A stretch of 64,000 nucleotides of DNA from an uncultured Oscillospiraceae bacterium (GTDB lineage: Bacteria; Bacillota; Clostridia; Oscillospirales; Ruminococcaceae), in the NCBI GenBank assembly GCA_949285935.1, contig CASEAH010000011.1:88651-152650 (forward strand), given 5' to 3'. The notes beneath the pieces were generated by a model, which did no database searches, had not been told where the DNA came from, and worked only from the letters and a program-made list of their open reading frames with translations. Each line of letters opens with the position of its first letter. Within the stretch, counting starts at the first letter, position 1. The position numbers and the translations under genes were made by a program. Positions 50,898-61,606 of this stretch are shown here, in pieces.

Positions 50898-51739
50898 TTA
50901 TGCATCCCCCTTTGCGGTAGTATGCCGCCCCCGGCGGAGCGGCACCATTGGCAGGCTTTTCACCTGCGCGGCTGCTATTTCCCATTCCCCGCAAAAGGCT
51001 TTAGGATATGCCGCTTCCGGCACATCTTTCAGACGGGCATACACAGGCCGCGAATTATCAGATGCGAAAATTGCAATACAAAATATAGCATATTCTGAGA
51101 AAAAGTCAACATGATTTTGAAAAAATCCATATTTGTTGGTATTTGCCCCGTAAAATCCTTTAAAATACTGTTAAATACGCTGTTTTGTTTTGAATTCCTC
51201 CAAAAATGAATTTTTCGTAAATGAAAGCAATGCCCCCTTAAAAGGCGGAAAATGCTGCATCTCAAACAGAAAATCAGGTTACAGCTGTTGGGGTCCCGCC
51301 AAAGCCTAAAAAGCTGTAAAAGATTTTACAGGAAGATTCTAATGCTTTGACGGAGAGAGGTTCAAAAGCATTTTGTCCGTCTGAAGCTCCCGGAGCCTCT
51401 TTTATGATATAATGTGGGCGCAAAAGGTTTTGATTCTCCGGAAGGCCAGTGGTCGTTCTTCTTTGCCTCATCTTTATTGCAGTCCTGGATGCCCGCCTGA
51501 TGGGATACAAAAGCACAAATCAAGCATACAATAAAAGGAACTCCCCGATCGGTTGGCAGGGAGCGTTTACTGCTTCTTCTGAAGCGATAAACCGGTAAAA
51601 TAAGGCCCGAAAGCATCTTCCCTTTTCTCTCTCTCCCCTTCTTTGCGCCGTCAGGGGCTAAATTTCATAAAAAAGAAATTTTTTTGCCAAAAAGGGGTTG
51701 CATTTTCCTTTTAAATGTGATATTCTAATTAAGCTGTTT

Positions 51740-51815
51740 CTGGGCGTGGCGCAGGTGGTAGCGCGCTACCTTGGGGTGGTAGAGGCCGTGGGTTCAAGTC
51801 CCGTCGCTCAGACCA
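51740..51815 (+). tRNA. tRNA-Pro (anticodon GGG)
   Basis: 76-nt cloverleaf: CTGGGCG/CGCTCAG acceptor, CTACC-TTGGGGT-GGTAG anticodon arm, TTCAAGT T-loop, encoded CCA; promoter TTGCAT..TATTCT upstream. Confidence 0.95.
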
Positions 51816-51816
51816 G

Positions 51817-51855
51817 AAAAATCCGCATGGAAGAATCTTCCATGCGGATTTTTTT
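51817..51855 (+). terminator. tRNA terminator
   Basis: AAAAATCCGCATGGAAGA/TCTTCCATGCGGATTTTTTT. Confidence 0.85.
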
Positions 51856-51970
51856 ATTCCCTGCTAAAAGCAAAAACGTTCCCCTGGGTACTGGGCACAC
51901 GCTTTTTCCCTTTTTTCTTTGGGATTGCTCCCTTCTTTTTGCTTTTCACTCTCTGCCGCACACTCCGGCA

Positions 51971-52120
51971 GAGGCTGCTGCAAAATGGAACGGCAATTGT
52001 AATCTGCAGAAAAAATTGGTGCAAAACAATGAAAATCGGCCCTCAAAGGAAGCGGTTCTGCTTCTTCAGAGGACCGATTTTGTGCTTTCTTTTTCGACAA
52101 GGCTATTTTGCAACAGCCCC
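51971..52120. mobile_element. ~150-bp MITE-like element, copy 2
   Basis: Terminal IRs GAGGCTGCTGCAAAATG / TATTTTGCAACAGCCCC; core ACAATGAAAATCGGCCCTCAAAGGAAGCGGTTCTGCTTCTT identical to copy 1. Confidence 0.75.
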
Positions 52121-52353
52121 TTGGAAAAACCAAGCGGGCTGCCGCCCCATGGCGGGTAATTTTGTAAAAGGCCTTTACCTTAACCTCTGACAAAACAGGC
52201 CCTCCACAGAAGGTTTTGACATGTACCTCCCAAGCCATAGTCACTTGGCGGTGGCACTTTCCGGTCTGCCTGCCGCTTGGATGGCTTCCGTTTTCGGGCT
52301 TCCGGTCCAACCTGCTTTTCTGCTTTTATACTACAGAAAGCACGTCACACGGT

Positions 52354-53835
52354 TCAGCCCCTTGCACGGCGTCCATAAATTTTGGTCAGGCGGGCGATAC
52401 GGGCAGCCAGCTCCGGCGTCAGATCCTCCGCCCGGGCACGCCATGCCCAATTGCCGCCCAGAAGGGAAGGTGTGTTCATTCTGGCCTCCGCTCCCAGCCC
52501 CAGATAATCCTGCAGAGGAATGATGGCCAGATCGCACACGCTGGCCATCGCCGTACGGATAAAGGCGTCGGTGAGGTCTTCTTTCTCCGACACTCCCATG
52601 TATTCCCGGGCAAACGCCACATCGCCTTCCGGAGCGCTGCATTCCCAGTCGGCGGTAGTGGTATTGTCATGTGTCCCGGTATAGACCACCGCATTGCGCT
52701 GATAATTATGCGGCAGGTAATCGCTCTCCTCCCGGCTGTCAAAGGCAAACTGCAAAACCTTCATCCCCGGGAAGCCGCTGTCCGCCAAAAGCTGCTTCAC
52801 CTCCGGGGTCAGGAATCCCAGGTCTTCCGCAATGATACCGGTATCCGGCAGCTGCTCCTTGATTACAGTGAGCAACTCCATGCCGGGGCCCTTTTTCCAA
52901 ACGCCCCGCAGTGCGTCGGTATCCTGGGCCGGGATGGCATAAAAGCTTTCAAAGCCCCGGAAATGATCGATCCGTACCATATCATACAGCTGGGCCGCTG
53001 TCCGCATCCGGGAAAGCCACCAGGCAAAACCTGTCCGGCGGTGGTACTCCCAATCATAAAGGGGATTCCCCCAAAGCTGCCCCAATTCCGCAAAAGAATC
53101 CGGCGGACAGCCCGCCACTTCCTGCGGCTGCAGTTCTTCATCCAGCAGAAAGAGCTGCGGCTGCGCCCAGACGTCGGCACTGTCCGGAGCCACATAGATG
53201 GGTATGTCTCCAATGATGCCCACCCCTCTGGAGGCAGCGTATTCCCGCAGCGACCTCCACTGGAGGTCAAACTGGTACTGGACAAATTTCCAAAAATCAA
53301 TTTCCTGCCGGTGGCCTTCCGCAAAGGCTGACAGGGCCTCGGGACGCCGCAGGCGGAAGTCTTCTTCCCATTGCCGGAAAGGAGCCTGATGGTGGGCCGT
53401 CTTCAAAGCCATAAAAAGAGCATAATCGTCCAGCCACCATCCGCACCGGTAGCAGAAGCCCTGGTAGTCCCAGTCTCCAAAATCGAACCGGCTGCAGGCC
53501 AGTTCCAGCAATCTCCACCGTCCCTGATACAGCTTTCCGTAATCCACCCGAGCAGGGTTGTCCCCAAAATCAAAAGCATGGGCTTCCTCCGGGGTAAGCA
53601 AACCTTTGTGGATCAGTTCCCCCGGATCGATGAAGTAGGGATTCCCTGCAAAGCTTGAGAAGGACTGATAGGGAGAATCGCCATATCCTGTGGGCCCAAT
53701 GGGCAGTACCTGCCACCATCGCTGCCCCCCCTGGGCAAGAAAATCCACAAATTTTCGGGCCTCCTCTCCCAGGGTACCGATTCCCCAGGGGGAAGGAAGA
53801 CTGGAAACAGGCATAAGAATACCGGCGCTGCGCAT
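52354..53835 (-). CDS. malQ: 4-alpha-glucanotransferase (amylomaltase, GH77)
   Basis: GILMPVSSLP, WQVLP, IIGDIPIY, GQLWGNPLY, RIDHFRGF, IAEDLG, TGTHDN. Confidence 0.96.
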   Translation of the reverse strand: MRSAGILMPVSSLPSPWGIGTLGEEARKFVDFLAQGGQRWWQVLPIGPTGYGDSPYQSFSSFAGNPYFIDPGELIHKGLLTPEEAHAFDFGDNPARVDYGKLYQGRWRLLELACSRFDFGDWDYQGFCYRCGWWLDDYALFMALKTAHHQAPFRQWEEDFRLRRPEALSAFAEGHRQEIDFWKFVQYQFDLQWRSLREYAASRGVGIIGDIPIYVAPDSADVWAQPQLFLLDEELQPQEVAGCPPDSFAELGQLWGNPLYDWEYHRRTGFAWWLSRMRTAAQLYDMVRIDHFRGFESFYAIPAQDTDALRGVWKKGPGMELLTVIKEQLPDTGIIAEDLGFLTPEVKQLLADSGFPGMKVLQFAFDSREESDYLPHNYQRNAVVYTGTHDNTTTADWECSAPEGDVAFAREYMGVSEKEDLTDAFIRTAMASVCDLAIIPLQDYLGLGAEARMNTPSLLGGNWAWRARAEDLTPELAARIARLTKIYGRRARG

Positions 53836-53982
53836 GGGCGTGACCTCCATTTATAAAAGTTGACAAAAGCAAGACGTCGCAGTGTGGTCCGGGATGTACC
53901 CCGTCCCATAGGACGGCGCGCGTCCCTGAATGGAAAAGAAAAAAAATGAAAACACGATAAGGAAAAGGAATTTCAAAGATTT

Positions 53983-54819
53983 TCAGCCTTTGACCGCTCC
54001 TGCTACCACGCCGCGGATAATGTATTTCTGGCAGGAGAGGTAAAAGATCACAATGGGCAGGATGGCCAGTACCAGCAGTGCCATCATAGCACCCCAGTCA
54101 ATGGAGCCATAGCCGCCCTTCAGGTACTGAATGGCAATAGGGATGGTTTTATACTCGCTGCCGATCACCAGATAAGGCAGCAGATAGTCGTTCCACACCC
54201 ACATAGCGTTGAGAATGGCCACTGTAATGGCAGTAGGCTGCAAAATGGGAAAAATCACCCGGAAAAACATGACAATGGGATTGCACCCGTCGATCATGGC
54301 TGCCTCCTCAATTTCCAGAGGGATGCTTTTGATGAAACCGCAGAACATGAACACCGACAGCCCTGCTCCAAAGCCCAAATAAATCAAAATGATTCCCACC
54401 GGGTTATCCAGATGCAGCATATTGGCCATTTTGGACATGGTGAACATCACCATCTGGAAGGGGACGATCATGGAAAAGACAAACAGGTAGTAAAGCACAC
54501 CGGTAAACCGCGTCTTTACCCGGGTGATATACCAGGCTGTCATAGCGGTAAAAAGGATAATGGCCGCCACCGAAAAGACGGTGATAAAAAGAGAGTATCC
54601 AAAGGCGCTGAAAAAATCTGTTTTGGCAATGCCTTCCACATAATTGTTCAGCCGGACAAAGGTTTGGGAATCAGGCAGGCGGAAGGGTTGGTTGACCACA
54701 AACAGCTTTCCCTTAAAGGAATTGAAAAAGACAATGAAAATCGGCGCCAGAAACGCGGCGGATAAAAACACAAGAACCGCAAAAATAACGGCGTCCGTAA
54801 ACTTTGCACGTTTGAACAT
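53983..54819 (-). CDS. Carbohydrate ABC permease (MalG-type)
   Basis: IEEAAMIDGC EAA loop, WNDYLLP. Confidence 0.9.
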   Translation of the reverse strand: MFKRAKFTDAVIFAVLVFLSAAFLAPIFIVFFNSFKGKLFVVNQPFRLPDSQTFVRLNNYVEGIAKTDFFSAFGYSLFITVFSVAAIILFTAMTAWYITRVKTRFTGVLYYLFVFSMIVPFQMVMFTMSKMANMLHLDNPVGIILIYLGFGAGLSVFMFCGFIKSIPLEIEEAAMIDGCNPIVMFFRVIFPILQPTAITVAILNAMWVWNDYLLPYLVIGSEYKTIPIAIQYLKGGYGSIDWGAMMALLVLAILPIVIFYLSCQKYIIRGVVAGAVKG

Positions 54820-55664
54820 CAGTTTTCCACCTCCTTGCGCCGGGTCAGCCACAGCTGCAGCAGGGCGATGCCTGCCACCAGAATAAAGAAGATCACCGCT
54901 TTGGCCTGACCCACTCCTGCCCAGCCGCTGCGCCCGTAAAAAGTGTTGTAAATATCCAGTGCCAGCATGGCGGTCTTTTTGGAGGGAGCGCCGTTGGTGA
55001 GAGCCACATTCTGGTCAAAAAGCTTAAAGGAGTTGGTGAGGGTCAGGAAGGTGCAGATGGTGATGGAGGGCATGACCATGGGAATGGTGATTTTCCGCAG
55101 GGTCACCCAGGGAGACGCACCGTCCACTTTGGCTGCTTCCAGAAGATCTGTGGGGATATTCTGGAGACCGGCAATATAAATAATCATCATATAACCGATC
55201 AGCTGCCAGTTCATCAGCACCACCAGCCCCCAGAATCCATACCGGGGGTCAAAGGTGAGGGTGACCTGGAACCGTGCCAGAACACCGTTAAGAATCAGCT
55301 GCCAAATATAGCCCAAAACAATGCCTCCGATGAGGTTGGGCATAAAAAATACCGTCCGGAACAGATTGGTTCCCCGGATACCCCGGGTGAGTAGCAGCGC
55401 CAGGGAAAAGGCAAACACATTGATGGACACCACTGAAACCACGGTAAACCTGACGGTAAACCACAGGGCGTCCAGAAACTCCCGGTTGGCTGTAAAGGCT
55501 TTAACATAGTTTTCCAGACCAACCCATTTGGCATTGGTCACAGTGGTAAACTCGGTAAAGGACAAATAGATCCCCATACAGAAAGGGATAAAAAACGCCA
55601 CTGCAAAGGCGGCCACCGTCACCAGACAGAAGAATGGAAAGTATTTTTTCAGCTCTTTTTGCAC
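54819..55664 (-). CDS. Carbohydrate ABC permease (MalF-type)
   Basis: WVGLENY, AGLQNIP..LEAAKVDGAS. Confidence 0.9.
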   Translation of the reverse strand: MQKELKKYFPFFCLVTVAAFAVAFFIPFCMGIYLSFTEFTTVTNAKWVGLENYVKAFTANREFLDALWFTVRFTVVSVVSINVFAFSLALLLTRGIRGTNLFRTVFFMPNLIGGIVLGYIWQLILNGVLARFQVTLTFDPRYGFWGLVVLMNWQLIGYMMIIYIAGLQNIPTDLLEAAKVDGASPWVTLRKITIPMVMPSITICTFLTLTNSFKLFDQNVALTNGAPSKKTAMLALDIYNTFYGRSGWAGVGQAKAVIFFILVAGIALLQLWLTRRKEVEN

Positions 55665-55837
55665 GGCTGCACCTCCTCACAGAATCGCTTCCGGTTTTCC
55701 GGCTCTTCCAAAAAGGAACGGCTGAACTTCCGTCCTTTTGGGAAGGATCGGATGGGCAAGGGAAGCACGGCAGGCGCCGGGCCTGCCGTGCCGCTCCCCC
55801 GCCGCTTTATGGGAGAGGGATCTGTCCTCCCCTCCCC

Positions 55838-57223
55838 TTAGGAATGGGCAGCTGCGTATTCGCTTGCCCAGGCATCCTTCACAGTCTGGGTTACACCCGC
55901 CCAGTCCATGCTTCCCTGGGCATACTCCAGCAAAGCGTTGCCGAACTGGTTCTTGAATTCCTCAGAGGGGAAGGACGCAAAAGCCCAGGGCACAGAGGAA
56001 ACCCCGTCTTTTTCCGTCCAGTTCAGCACCTCCCGGGCCAGGGGATCAGAAGGTCTTTCATCCTCCTCAAAGGTGGTAAAGGGGGCGATAAAGCCCAGCT
56101 TGTTGGTCACGTAATCTTTGCCTTTTTCACTGCTGAACAGCCAGGTGAGGAAGTCCACTGAAGCCTGCTGCTTCTCGGCGGAGACCTGGCTGTTAATGGC
56201 CAGATAGTTTTCCGTGCCTACGCAGAGGCCCTGGCTCTCTTCGCCAGGCATTCCCGTGTAAATGGGCAGATACCTAATATCCTCCGCCTTTACCACATTT
56301 CCCTCGGTCTCAGAGATCTCCGCCCAGGCCCAGTTTCCGTTCTGGACCATGGCTACCTGGCCCAGAGCAAATTCCGCCATGGATTCGCTGGTGGTTTTGC
56401 TGCCCAGCATGGTCTTGGGGGTAATGGAATTATTGATATAGAGGTCAAAAATATTCTGGAAGTTGGGTCCGTACTTAAACTGGATGGTCTCGGAAGCCAG
56501 GCCGGCCAGAATGGTATTGTCGTACGCCTCATTTTCCGCAAACTCATAGTACATGGGCAGGTTGGCCAAATGGGTCTGCCACCGCCACTGGTCGCCCATG
56601 TTCAGGCTGGTGGAGGCAAAAACGCCCTGGATCCCCAGCTGATCCTTTTTGACGGTCATATCCTCCACCACGGCCTTAAGGGCAGCAAAGTTGTTGATCT
56701 CCTGAGCAGAAGAGATGGAGACCGCCTTATCAGGAAGGGCAAAGTACTTCTCCATGATGGCGTTGTTATAAATGATGCCATAGCCTTCCACCACATAAGG
56801 GATGCCGTAAACGCCTTCTCCCTCGGTAACCGCCAGGGATTTGTCAGACAGAGCCTCATAAAGGGGCGTCCCAGACAAATCGGCGCAGTAATCCTTCCAG
56901 TTCTGGTAGCCCACAGGGCCGTTAATCTGGAAAATGGTGGGCGGATCGCTCTTGGCGATCTCAGAGGTAAGGGTCTGCTCATAGGTGCCGGAAGCCGCGG
57001 TGACCACTTTTACCTTGACGCCGGTTTCCGCTTCGTACTCTTTGGCGATCTCTTCATAGATGGAAGCGATCTCCGGCTTGAAATTCAGAAAAAAAATCTC
57101 CTTGGCGCCCCCCGAGCTGGAGCCCGAACTTCCGGAAGCGGTATTGCCGGATCCGCATCCCGCCAGGGCGATCATGAAAAGGGCCATGAATAACGCCAAA
57201 GTCTTGGATAGCTTTTTCATCAC
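55838..57223 (-). CDS. Maltodextrin/oligosaccharide ABC substrate-binding lipoprotein
   Basis: LAGC lipobox; NFKPE, YGIPYVVEGYGIIYN, AMVQNGNWAW; same operon as malQ. Confidence 0.88.
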   Translation of the reverse strand: MMKKLSKTLALFMALFMIALAGCGSGNTASGSSGSSSGGAKEIFFLNFKPEIASIYEEIAKEYEAETGVKVKVVTAASGTYEQTLTSEIAKSDPPTIFQINGPVGYQNWKDYCADLSGTPLYEALSDKSLAVTEGEGVYGIPYVVEGYGIIYNNAIMEKYFALPDKAVSISSAQEINNFAALKAVVEDMTVKKDQLGIQGVFASTSLNMGDQWRWQTHLANLPMYYEFAENEAYDNTILAGLASETIQFKYGPNFQNIFDLYINNSITPKTMLGSKTTSESMAEFALGQVAMVQNGNWAWAEISETEGNVVKAEDIRYLPIYTGMPGEESQGLCVGTENYLAINSQVSAEKQQASVDFLTWLFSSEKGKDYVTNKLGFIAPFTTFEEDERPSDPLAREVLNWTEKDGVSSVPWAFASFPSEEFKNQFGNALLEYAQGSMDWAGVTQTVKDAWASEYAAAHS

Positions 57224-57240
57224 GATTACTCCTTATTATA

Positions 57241-58299
57241 TCATGGTTGTGTTTCGGGATCGTCCGGGCCCCGGGAAACCAAATGAACGCCCTTCCCCGG
57301 GGGAGGCGCCACCGATCCGCCGGGTTCCAGCTCCACTGTCAGGGACAGATGTCTGGCGGGCTCTTTTTTCTCAATGGAGCCCAGCAGCAGACTGACACCT
57401 AAAGACGCCAAACGTTCTGCCGGCTGCCGGAGAGTTGTAAGAGGCGGCTGGTAATAATCAGCCATTTCAATGCCGTCATAACCGATGACCGAAACGTCCT
57501 CCGGGACCCGCAGTCCCCTTTGCACGATTGCCCGTACGGCCCCAAAAGCCATCAGGTCTGACATGGCAAAGATTCCGGTGATCTCCGGATATTGGTCCAG
57601 CAGTTCACCGGTCAGACGGTATCCGTCTTCCAGCGAAAACCTTCCCTCCCGACAATATTCCGGGCGAGGGGAAATCCCATGTTCTCTGAGGCTTTCCATT
57701 CCCCCCTCCAGCCGCTGCCGGCTGGTGCTGGAACTGCCGCTGCATCCGCCAATAATGCCGATCCTGCGGTGGCCTTGCCGGATCAGATGCTCCACGGCCA
57801 TCCGTCCGCCTTGCCGATCATCTACTGAAACGCTGGAAAGATTCCGGTATGGGAGCTGGGAAACCGATGTGGTAACCAAGACAGCCGGGACCTGGATCCC
57901 GCCAAAATAACGGGTAAAATTCTCAGGCTCCCCTCCCAGAAAGATGAGCCCTTTGGGCTTGCTTTCCCGGCAAAGCCGCTCCGCCATGCGCACCTCATTG
58001 ATGTCTTCGTCGTAATAATGCAGCACCACTCCATACCCGGCCCGGCCCACATCCGCCTGAATGCGCTCGATGATAACGGCAAAAAACAGGTTGAAGGTCC
58101 CTTTGACCACAACAATGATATTATTGCTCACCTGCTGCTTTAAATGCTTGGCATTGGCATTGGGAACAAATTTATTTTCTGCCACGATCTGTTTGATTCG
58201 GGCCTTGGTCTCTTCACTGACGTCGGGATGGTCATTGAGGGCCCTGGATACCGTACTGACGGCGCATCCGGACAGCCGGGCAATGTCTTTAATGGTCAC
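57241..58299 (-). CDS. LacI-family repressor (MalR-like)
   Basis: MTIKDIARLSGCAVSTVSRALN, PEDVSVIGYDG, PPLTT. Confidence 0.93.
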   Translation of the reverse strand: MTIKDIARLSGCAVSTVSRALNDHPDVSEETKARIKQIVAENKFVPNANAKHLKQQVSNNIIVVVKGTFNLFFAVIIERIQADVGRAGYGVVLHYYDEDINEVRMAERLCRESKPKGLIFLGGEPENFTRYFGGIQVPAVLVTTSVSQLPYRNLSSVSVDDRQGGRMAVEHLIRQGHRRIGIIGGCSGSSSTSRQRLEGGMESLREHGISPRPEYCREGRFSLEDGYRLTGELLDQYPEITGIFAMSDLMAFGAVRAIVQRGLRVPEDVSVIGYDGIEMADYYQPPLTTLRQPAERLASLGVSLLLGSIEKKEPARHLSLTVELEPGGSVAPPPGKGVHLVSRGPDDPETQP

Positions 58300-58332
58300 A
58301 GCGGTACCTCCTTCCAGGGTTCAGAAATGTTG

Positions 58333-58388
58333 CCGGAAACGTTTCCGGAATTTTTGAATATTGTATCATTCCAGCAAAATGTTTGCAA
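58333..58388 (-). promoter_or_regulatory. Promoter with LacI-type operator
   Basis: Minus TTGCAA-17nt-TACAAT; perfect palindrome CCGGAAACGTTTCCGG at 58333-58348. Confidence 0.8.
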
Positions 58389-59250
58389 TAATAATTTATC
58401 TTTTATGCAAAATACAGCATTTAAGCTTTGTTTTTCAAGCCATTTATTGGCTTCTCTTTAAAAGCCCAGATCATTGAGGCACTCAAAAGTCAGTCCGTTT
58501 GCCGCTATCAAACACTTTTCCAATTCTCGAAATACTCTTACTTCAACATGGGTTCAAAATATGGAACCGGAGATTATGGAAATCGCTTTGATGCTCTGGC
58601 ACAAAAGGTCACGCTCCCCCAAAGCAAAACCGAGTGTATCAGACCCCGGCTGCCGAAGGCTCTGGATCGGGGAACTGCCGAAGTTTACAGATTTTCCAAA
58701 AGGAAATATTCCAGCCACGTTGGTGAAATCTTCGCAATGTCACAGGCCTCCGCCTGTAAAGATTTTTATACATCCCAAGCCGCCCATACAAAATGGCAGA
58801 CGGCAGGCTGCAATTTACCGCATTGGCGGAGAGAACAGGTCTTCCGGGAAAGAAATCCGGTTTCTGCTGTGGCAGACATCATTTTATTTTCTCTCCAAAG
58901 CGGGATTCCTTCTGCAAAAAACCGCCACAGGAAGAAGGAGCCGCACCGGACTTTACAATATCTTCTTTTTGCGGTCCGCCTTGACGCTTTGATAGTTGGT
59001 TTTTCTTCCACACTTTTTGCCGGCCTTCCCACCCTTACTTTAAGTTGAAAAATTTTGTTTTCCGCGGGTGTGGGTCGGGAAAGGAATCGCTGCTTCGCCT
59101 CGGTTTTGATCTCTGAACAAGTAAGATGAAGGAGCTGTGGGCATTCCCTATCGGTATCCGAACAAACAGAATTCTCTTCAGAAAAAGGGGGAACCTCCGC
59201 TTTTTATCCTGCGCACGAATCTTTTAAAATCCACAAAGCTGTTTTTACGC

Positions 59251-59289
59251 AAAGAAGGCTTCGGAGCCCCCCAGGGACTCCGAAGCCTT
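59251..59289 (-). terminator. Terminator after ybaK
   Basis: AAGGCTTCGGAG/CTCCGAAGCCTT stem. Confidence 0.7.
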
Positions 59290-59306
59290 GCTGTTCCGGT
59301 ATTCTT

Positions 59307-59789
59307 CTATTCTCCTGTGGTGAGATCGGCGGTTTTGCCCCGCACCAGACGGAGCAGCTCCTGAGGGGGCACCTCCACCTGGGTACCGATGCGTCCTCCG
59401 CTGACCATGACAGCCGGCAGTTCCAGCACCCGGCTGTCAAACGTAGTGGGATACAGTTTTTTCATCCCAACCGGGGAGCATCCGCCCCGGATATACCCTG
59501 TCAGTTTGTTGATCTCATCCACATGGACCATCTGAATAGACTTCTCTCCCACCGCCCGGGCCGCCTTTTTCAGATCCAGCTCCCGGGCTACCGGAATTAC
59601 AAACACATAGATGCCGCCTCCCGCTCCCCGGGTTACCAGCGTCTTGTAAACCGCGTTTACATCCTGCCCCAGCTTTCGGGCCACGCTGATGCCGTCGATC
59701 GCGCCGTCCCCATGCTCATAGGTATGGGGGCGGTAAGGGATCCCTGCTTTTTCCAGCGCCCGCATTGCGTTGGTTTTCTGCTCTGCCAT
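59307..59789 (-). CDS. ybaK: Cys-tRNA(Pro) deacylase YbaK/EbsC
   Basis: KTNAMRAL, VYKTLV, GYIRGGCSPVG, SGGRIG. Confidence 0.93.
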   Translation of the reverse strand: MAEQKTNAMRALEKAGIPYRPHTYEHGDGAIDGISVARKLGQDVNAVYKTLVTRGAGGGIYVFVIPVARELDLKKAARAVGEKSIQMVHVDEINKLTGYIRGGCSPVGMKKLYPTTFDSRVLELPAVMVSGGRIGTQVEVPPQELLRLVRGKTADLTTGE

Positions 59790-59828
59790 ATTCCTGCATC
59801 TCCCTGTCAGTCTGCCCTTTTCAGAGGC

Positions 59829-60740
59829 TCAGGCCCCGGCATTGATGAGGTTGGAAGCCTCAAAGGCCGCCACAGCGCCATCGGCCGCAGCGGTGATGAT
59901 CTGCCGCAGCACCTTGGTGCGGGTGTCTCCGGCGGCAAAAACACCGGGGACGCTGGTGTGGCAATCCTCTCCCGCTACAATATAACCTGCGCGGTCCAGT
60001 TCTACCTGCCCCTCCAGCAGCTTGTTGTCCGGTTCCAGACCCACAGCCACAAAGACCCCTGCCACCGGAATATCCTGGGTCTGTTCATTCTTTACGTTGC
60101 GGATCACGATCCCCTCCACCTTGGTGGGGCCGTAAATCTCTTCCGGCACGCTGTCGTAATGGATGATGATGTTCTTCCGGGCCTTTACCGCATCCACCAG
60201 GATCTGATTGCCCCGGAAGGTGTCCCGGCGGTGGATGAGATGGACGGCAGTGCAGTTGTTGGCCAGGAAAAGGGCATCCTCCAAAGCGGTGTTGCCGCCG
60301 CCTACGATGGCCACTTCCTTCCCTTTGAAAAACGCTCCGTCACAGGTTGCGCAGTAAGAAACGCCCCTGCCGGTCAGTTCCCGTTCACCCACGCATCCCA
60401 GCTTGCGGCGCTTGGCGCCGTTGGCCAGGATAACGGTTCGGGCTTCATAGGTATCCTTAGCGGTGCGGATGACTTTTACCGGCCCGGTAAGGTCCACCTG
60501 CTCCACCGCCTCCAGGCGGATCTCCACCCCCAGGTTTACCACCTGGTCATACAGCTGGAAGGCAAAATCCGCTCCCGCAATGCTCTTGATGCCGGGATAA
60601 TTCTCTACCTCAGGGGTACTGGTGACCTGCCCGCCGTAAATGGCGCTTTCCAGCACCAGCAGGCTCATTCCGTAGCGTTTGGCGTATAAAGCGGCGGTAA
60701 GACCGGCAGGGCCGCCCCCCATAATGATCATATCGTACAT
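59829..60740 (-). CDS. trxB: Thioredoxin-disulfide reductase
   Basis: GGGPAGL, GRGVSYCATCDG, VGGGNTA, GVFAAGD. Confidence 0.95.
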   Translation of the reverse strand: MYDMIIMGGGPAGLTAALYAKRYGMSLLVLESAIYGGQVTSTPEVENYPGIKSIAGADFAFQLYDQVVNLGVEIRLEAVEQVDLTGPVKVIRTAKDTYEARTVILANGAKRRKLGCVGERELTGRGVSYCATCDGAFFKGKEVAIVGGGNTALEDALFLANNCTAVHLIHRRDTFRGNQILVDAVKARKNIIIHYDSVPEEIYGPTKVEGIVIRNVKNEQTQDIPVAGVFVAVGLEPDNKLLEGQVELDRAGYIVAGEDCHTSVPGVFAAGDTRTKVLRQIITAAADGAVAAFEASNLINAGA

Positions 60741-60862
60741 GATTTTTCTCCTTATCTCTAATCCGTAGTGCTGTCTTATTATATACCAAATCCGTGTGAA
60801 TTGCAAAACATTCGGGAGAAGACTATAATAAAAAAATAATACCGATGGGGAGGCCGCTTTGT

Positions 60863-61606
60863 ATGAGCGAAAAAAGTAGAGTTGTCTTGGTGACCGGAGG
60901 CTCCCGGGGGATCGGGCGGGCCACAGCGGAGGTCCTGGCCCATGCCGGGTGCCGGGTCGCCATTGGGTATCACCACAGTCGGGAAGAGGCACTGGACCTG
61001 GCCACCCGGCTCCGGGCGGATGGATGCACCGCCGCAGCTGTCGGGGGGGATCTTTCAGACAGCGCCCAGGTTGCGGAGATCTTCCGCCAGGTCCGGGAAG
61101 ACCTGGGAGAGGTGGAAATTCTGGTGAACAACGCCGGGGTGGCCCAGCAGAAGCTGTTTACCCAGCTCACCGACGAGGACTGGGACCGGCTCTTCGACGT
61201 AGATGTGCGGGGGGTCTTTCTGTGCTGCCGCGAAGCTTTACCCTCCATGATCCGCCGTCATTGGGGAAGGATCATCAACATCTCTTCCATCTGGGGGATT
61301 ACAGGGGCTTCCTGCGAGGTCCATTATTCCGCGGCCAAGGCTGCAGTGATCGGACTGACACGGGCCCTTGCCAAGGAAGTGGGCCCCTCCGGCATCACCG
61401 TCAACTGCGTGGCTCCCGGGGTGGTGGACACCCAGATGAACGCCGCTCTGGATGAAGCGACACTGGCCGCCCTGCGGGAGGAAACACCTTTGGGCGTGAT
61501 CGGAACTCCCCGCAATATCGCGGATGCAGTGGCATTTCTGGCCTCTCCCGCCGCTGATTTTATAACCGGGCAGGTCCTGAGTCCCAACGGTGGAATCGTT
61601 ATCTGA
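60863..61606 (+). CDS. ymfI: FabG-like SDR, YmfI-type (EF-P 5-aminopentanone reductase family)
   Basis: TGGSRGIG, VNNAG, SSIWG..GASCEVHYSAAK (YmfI-like ASCEV signature). Confidence 0.78.
   Translation: MSEKSRVVLVTGGSRGIGRATAEVLAHAGCRVAIGYHHSREEALDLATRLRADGCTAAAVGGDLSDSAQVAEIFRQVREDLGEVEILVNNAGVAQQKLFTQLTDEDWDRLFDVDVRGVFLCCREALPSMIRRHWGRIINISSIWGITGASCEVHYSAAKAAVIGLTRALAKEVGPSGITVNCVAPGVVDTQMNAALDEATLAALREETPLGVIGTPRNIADAVAFLASPAADFITGQVLSPNGGIVI

Noticed and set aside
51740-52350. tRNA-Pro as an integration site for an island
   Set aside because: No integrase and no duplicated tRNA 3' end seen in the window
58428-59048. Two overlapping ORFs (206 and 172 aa) upstream of LacI
   Set aside because: No RBS or recognisable motifs; possibly a decayed remnant, but unsupported
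755-60689. Many long antisense ORFs (e.g. 1823-3130, 24184-26295, 31804-33876, 38274-39968, 42645-44912)
   Set aside because: Shadow frames of well-supported genes caused by GC-rich codon bias; no motifs or RBS
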